In this document: in pieces, positions 59,793-64,000 of the stretch
How positions within the stretch are numbered: the stretch's first letter is position 1
How the letters are laid out: each line of letters begins with the position of its first letter
Assembly: GCA_963768055.1 (NCBI GenBank)
Contig: CAVYGN010000001.1
Coordinates: forward strand, 1,632,001-1,696,000
DNA length: 64,000 nt
Direction of reading: 5' to 3'
DNA from: an uncultured Spirochaetota bacterium
Lineage (GTDB): Bacteria; Spirochaetota; Brevinematia; Brevinematales; JAOACQ01
Program-made: the position numbers and the translations under genes
The notes under the pieces: generated by a model
The model's database searches: none
Told to the model about the DNA's origin: nothing
Seen by the model: the letters and a program-made list of their open reading frames with translations, nothing else

Positions 59793-60845
59793 TTAGGGTC
59801 GGACAACCCGGAATCCTCCTGTGATACCTTGTAACGGATCGCAAAAACGATAGTTAATCGAAATGTTTGTCGTACTCCAATCACCACCCCTAAGTATGTG
59901 TCTCGCTTTTGGAAAATGCTTATCCCCGTAATCTTCTCTAAAGTTTGTTATAGCACCCACTTGATCCTGCTGATAGCCCCAGCACCATTGCCATTCATTT
60001 CCGCTCATGTCAAACAATCCTATTTCATTGGGTAATTTTGTCCCGGCAGGATGTGTAGTACCGCCGCTATTTATAGCGTTCCATTCATAGTCTTCAATAT
60101 TATTTGTTCCTGCGCTTCCCGCAAACACCTTTAAGTATCCGTTGGTATTTACCCTTCCCGGATTTGACGAATCGGCTCCCATAGCTGCCCACATCCATTC
60201 CATTTCTGTTGGCAGCCGATAGCCGTTAGCGGACCAGTTGGCTGTTACAGCATCCCAGGCACCGATTTTTTCCCGTACTTCTTCCGGTACTATAGAATCT
60301 CCAATCTGGTATATCGCCGAGTCATACTCAGGCGGTGTTCCCCAAGCAGAACAATCTGTATTACTTTTAATGGAATATACCGGAATCAGTCCCTCAAGCA
60401 AACTCAGCTTATTGCAAAACAAAATTGCCTGATACCAGTTTACATACTGTACTGGATCAGAGATCCCTGAAGAATGATTTGAAACCGACGGATTTAAGAA
60501 AATTGGATCAAACCCTGTTACATTAGAAAATTGAGCCCTGGTAATGTCATTTTCACTGATATGGAAAGGTGAAGTAATGGTAGCAGTGTCAGTATTTGTA
60601 CCGTCAGACTGAAATGTTCCGGCAGGAACATACTTTAAAATGCCGATGTTTTTTGAAATATAATTGGTATTTCCAATAGTTATAACCTCACTTGAAGAAG
60701 TACTGGAACTGGTTGAAGAATTGAGTTTCCCTGATGATTTTGAACAATTATTAATGATTAGGACAATAATTGCCGTAATAGCAAAAATAAATAGGGATTT
60801 CTCATTTAGCATATTGAAACTCCAAAAATCCGAATCCCAATGCAT
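59793..60845 (-). CDS. Formylglycine-generating-enzyme (SUMF1/FGE) fold lipoprotein
   Basis: PVQYVNWYQA..FCN, GYRLPTEMEW, PNEIGLFDMSGN..QW, RGG.W, GFRVVR; Ser-rich linker after a Cys. Confidence 0.88.
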   Translation of the reverse strand: MHWDSDFWSFNMLNEKSLFIFAITAIIVLIINNCSKSSGKLNSSTSSSTSSSEVITIGNTNYISKNIGILKYVPAGTFQSDGTNTDTATITSPFHISENDITRAQFSNVTGFDPIFLNPSVSNHSSGISDPVQYVNWYQAILFCNKLSLLEGLIPVYSIKSNTDCSAWGTPPEYDSAIYQIGDSIVPEEVREKIGAWDAVTANWSANGYRLPTEMEWMWAAMGADSSNPGRVNTNGYLKVFAGSAGTNNIEDYEWNAINSGGTTHPAGTKLPNEIGLFDMSGNEWQWCWGYQQDQVGAITNFREDYGDKHFPKARHILRGGDWSTTNISINYRFCDPLQGITGGFRVVRP

Positions 60846-60968
60846 TCTACTAAATTTTCAGATCCTTTGCCCTCATTAGCGTTTATCTGCGTTCATCGGT
60901 AGTGTCAAAAATCTTTCATACTTTCCTCAATCTGACCCTGGATCCTGATACCAAATCTATGACCCGCT

Positions 60969-62327
60969 TTAAGTCCTGAACTTACGTCTTATAGCAAAAC
61001 CAGCTAATACAAAAAGAGTTGCAAGGACTATATTTTCCAGTCTGGCAAGTATCAATGTGAATATTCCCCAAAAAGCGGCAGCGTTTATTTCGACTGTTTT
61101 TTGCTGTATGAATAATACATTGTATAAAAAATAAGGGGTAAGCAACTGGTTATTTTTATCATTTGAACCATTCTGTATTACAATTCCAGGCATCCATATG
61201 CATGCCATTATTACATATATTTCCATAATAATCATTATAAGGAATACCCAACCTAGTGGCTTTATCCAGCTCATTCCGAAATCAGAGGCCAACTTATACA
61301 ATCTTTCCCAGCTTATTATTTTAGATATTCCTTTCTTTTGCTGAAGTTTCATTCGGAATTCACCATATAGAAAGTCATCGGATAGAGAATAATTCATGTT
61401 ATTTAAAAACTTACATTTAAGCTGTCGGTAAAGTATTTCAATATGCTTTATCTTATTATCTTTATCTTTTTCATCCTTTATATTAAATTCATCAAATACA
61501 GCATTCCTTCCTTTAAAATCAACCCATTTTACGTTTTGGAAATCAAAACAGTCTATATTCGAATACAAAAAAGAACAATTACCAACAAATGTATCCTGGA
61601 ATATTATTTTTGCGTTAAAAGAGGGCTTCTGAATATAAATAAAGTCAGTTCCACCCGAAAATTTGGTGAAGTAAAAATAAGTTTCGCTGGAAAATTCTGC
61701 TCTGGTAAAGTCAACTCCACTGGAAAACTCGGTTCTGCTAAAGTCAGCTCCATCAGAGAATTTGGCTCTAGTAAAGTCAATTCCACCCAAGAATTTGGCT
61801 TCGTGAAAATCAGCCTCATTGGAGAATTTGGCTTCGTGAAAATCAACCCAACCAGAGAATTTGGCTCTGGTAAAGATAATCTTACTCGAAAATTTGGCTT
61901 CATGAAAGTCAGCTTCACAAGAAAATTGGGCGCTTGTAAAGTCAGTCTCACCGGAAAATTGGGCTTTGTCAAAGTCAGCATTACCGAGAAATTGGGACCC
62001 GATAAAGTAAGCCTCACTTAAAAACCTACATTTATAATAAATATTTTCTTTAATTTGATAGAAATATAGATCTCCTCTGAAAACACAGTTTTTAAAAGAT
62101 ATTTTATTTTTTATTATTATATTAATATCTTTATCGTTTACAATTTCAATCAATTTATCACAAACTGTTATATCAAGATCTCCAATTATTTCCACATTTT
62201 CATATGCAACATCAATTCCTTCATTAATTTTGTTAATTATTTTCTGTACATCAATTTTTTTCTTTTCTTTTCTTGGAATATCTGGTTTTTCATCCATTCT
62301 TTTCTCCAAAGGGATGTCGTTTGACAT
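60969..62327 (-). CDS. Pentapeptide repeat protein with C-terminal membrane helices
   Basis: Repeated (A/T)DF..A(K/Q)FS 11-residue units; SDFGMSWIKP followed by TM segments. Confidence 0.85.
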   Translation of the reverse strand: MSNDIPLEKRMDEKPDIPRKEKKKIDVQKIINKINEGIDVAYENVEIIGDLDITVCDKLIEIVNDKDINIIIKNKISFKNCVFRGDLYFYQIKENIYYKCRFLSEAYFIGSQFLGNADFDKAQFSGETDFTSAQFSCEADFHEAKFSSKIIFTRAKFSGWVDFHEAKFSNEADFHEAKFLGGIDFTRAKFSDGADFSRTEFSSGVDFTRAEFSSETYFYFTKFSGGTDFIYIQKPSFNAKIIFQDTFVGNCSFLYSNIDCFDFQNVKWVDFKGRNAVFDEFNIKDEKDKDNKIKHIEILYRQLKCKFLNNMNYSLSDDFLYGEFRMKLQQKKGISKIISWERLYKLASDFGMSWIKPLGWVFLIMIIMEIYVIMACIWMPGIVIQNGSNDKNNQLLTPYFLYNVLFIQQKTVEINAAAFWGIFTLILARLENIVLATLFVLAGFAIRRKFRT

Positions 62328-62462
62328 TCTCCAGCAATCGATTTCTTCACTAATTTAATTTTAATTTATTGTAGGATGAAATACAAGAATTATATCATTT
62401 ACATTTTGTTATAAATAAAGTAAAATCATGAGAAATTATTAATTAATCAAAAAGGAGCCCTT

Positions 62463-63044
62463 ATGCCTATCAACCTGCCAAACTATGCGGATGATGAAGA
62501 AGAAAGAAACCTTGAGGCAAAATATAAAGCTTTAAAAAAGATTCTACTTAAAAACTATGACCCCTCTTCGCTTGAAAAGTTGATTATGAAAAAAGTAATA
62601 CCTGTTTTTAAGGCTGTTGTCAAGGAAAATGCTTCGAAAATGGGTAAACCTGTTTTAGCTATTGCAAAGTTTAATTTCAGCACTTTTACTGTTTCAAAGG
62701 CTGTTTATGACAGGTACTACGAGATTAATGATAAATATTCTGAAAAATATTTTGCTGGTAAAGCACGTTATTTCAATGAATTTATCATTAAGAGCGGCTG
62801 TGAAAACCTGTTTAAATTAAAGGGAAAAGTCATCGGAAAGCCAATCAAAAACAAGATTCATCTCAAGCTGTGGTTTTATGATTTCATAAGCGACAGGCTA
62901 AAAGAGGTGCGTGATAAGGTTGTTTCAGGAAATATTTTTCAGACGGCCAGGATAAACGAGAAAAAAATAATGTGTAATGATTTATTAATAAATACCGGTC
63001 TTGATTGTGTTCTTGGATTAGGGAAAAAAAGAAAATTTGAGTAA
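62463..63044 (+). CDS. Hypothetical protein
   Basis: AAGGAG RBS; intact 193-aa ORF. Confidence 0.65.
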   Translation: MPINLPNYADDEEERNLEAKYKALKKILLKNYDPSSLEKLIMKKVIPVFKAVVKENASKMGKPVLAIAKFNFSTFTVSKAVYDRYYEINDKYSEKYFAGKARYFNEFIIKSGCENLFKLKGKVIGKPIKNKIHLKLWFYDFISDRLKEVRDKVVSGNIFQTARINEKKIMCNDLLINTGLDCVLGLGKKRKFE

Positions 63045-63246
63045 GAGACAATAAAAAATTTGGTTTGACACGATGTTTTGGTCATTGTATAATTGTTATT
63101 GGAATGAAGGAGTTTCAAAAGTGGCAAAATTTATGGGCCATTGGGGAAATCTCGATTAAGAAGTGAAAAAGAAATGAGTTAGAAAGACCCATGCAAATAT
63201 TTTATTCACCTTATATAATTTTGTTAATTGTTGCATAGAGGTTTAT

Positions 63247-64000
63247 ATGGATAAAAGTACGCTTATTGCTGCAATTATTGGCGCAGTTTCAACAATTATA
63301 GCCGCTTTACTACCAATTATTTTTAGTAAAAATAAAGAAAATTCCAAGCCTAAACATAATAATGTATTAAATATTAAATTTAATAAATATAAAATATTAA
63401 TTTATATATCATTTTCATTTACAGGTTTATGTGTTTTAATCATAATAATTATGGTAGTTAATTTGATGCTTCACCCTTCAAACATTATTCAAAATCATAC
63501 AAGTAGTTCAAATAGTTCAAAAACAATAAGTAGCGTATCGAAAATTTCAAATTATTTTCATATTTCCAGTAGTTCAAGCCATTCGTCGAAAGTTACAACT
63601 GGCATTCATACTTTCAGTAGTAATATTAGTTCCTTTAATGCTAATGAAACATTGTCCAATTATTCATCAAACATTACCCCTGGTTCAATCTGGACGGTAC
63701 GAACCATGCCAGTCTCTACCAACTGGCAATCGGTCATTTATGGTAATGGGATTTTTGTAGCAATTGCAGCGCGTAGTGAAGTGGTGGAAACTTCACCTGA
63801 CGGCATAATCTGGACCTCAAGAACTCTACCGGTTTCTGCTTGGTGGTCTTCAGTCACCTTTGGAAATGGGACATTTGTTGCAGTGGCTTTTAATACAAAT
63901 TTGGCAATAACATCAACTGATGGGATACACTGGAAAGCTGCAACTCTCCTAAAATCTTTACCTTATTCTGCAGTCACTTATTGGTATTCAGTCACCTATG
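63247..64000 (+). CDS. Membrane-anchored beta-propeller (BNR-like) repeat protein, runs off the window
   Basis: Two TM segments, Ser-rich linker, repeats W.SV.YGNG.FVA.A...TS.DGI.W; not in the ORF track. Confidence 0.75.
   Translation, partial: MDKSTLIAAIIGAVSTIIAALLPIIFSKNKENSKPKHNNVLNIKFNKYKILIYISFSFTGLCVLIIIIMVVNLMLHPSNIIQNHTSSSNSSKTISSVSKISNYFHISSSSSHSSKVTTGIHTFSSNISSFNANETLSNYSSNITPGSIWTVRTMPVSTNWQSVIYGNGIFVAIAARSEVVETSPDGIIWTSRTLPVSAWWSSVTFGNGTFVAVAFNTNLAITSTDGIHWKAATLLKSLPYSAVTYWYSVTY

Noticed and set aside
59793..60845. FGE-fold lipoprotein as a diversity-generating retroelement target
   Set aside because: The fold fits, but no reverse transcriptase or template repeat of its 3' end is visible in the window.
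61443..62021. Long antisense and alternate-frame ORFs over the pentapeptide gene
   Set aside because: Artefacts of the 33-bp repetitive coding pattern.

Overview
Bacterial chromosomal window, probably from a spirochaete-like organism (inferred from the split groES/groEL, a tandem-cNMP regulator and a FliG_C-like protein; not proven). It has four zones. (1) 0.4-8.4 kb: an AT-rich accessory block inside a minus-strand glycosylation locus. It holds two paralogous secreted proteins (one split by an IS21 element with a 7-bp target duplication), an orphan Rhs toxin with a candidate immunity gene, and two toxin-antitoxin (TA) loci whose toxin halves have decayed. (2) 8.4-19.1 kb: a CDP-3,6-dideoxyhexose pathway (rfbF/G/H, an E3-like reductase) with a YerE-like ThDP enzyme, a NeuB-like synthase and a HAD phosphatase, suggesting a long-chain branched sugar. 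(3) 19.2-46.2 kb: housekeeping genes (slt, rnr, rnpB, purB, mutS, groEL, leuA, trpBA, groES, icd) and a TTAA-flanked MITE-like repeat. (4) 46.6-64 kb: an AT-rich island with an ABC-ATPase/TOPRIM defence candidate, an IS1380 and pseudogenes. Its most notable element is a compact RiPP-like cassette: two radical SAM/SPASM enzymes flank a Cys/Trp-containing precursor peptide and a coupled 29-aa ORF, and the cassette is bracketed by ~200-bp direct repeats containing the 3' end of an XRE gene. All calls come from reading motifs by eye; no database searches were run.
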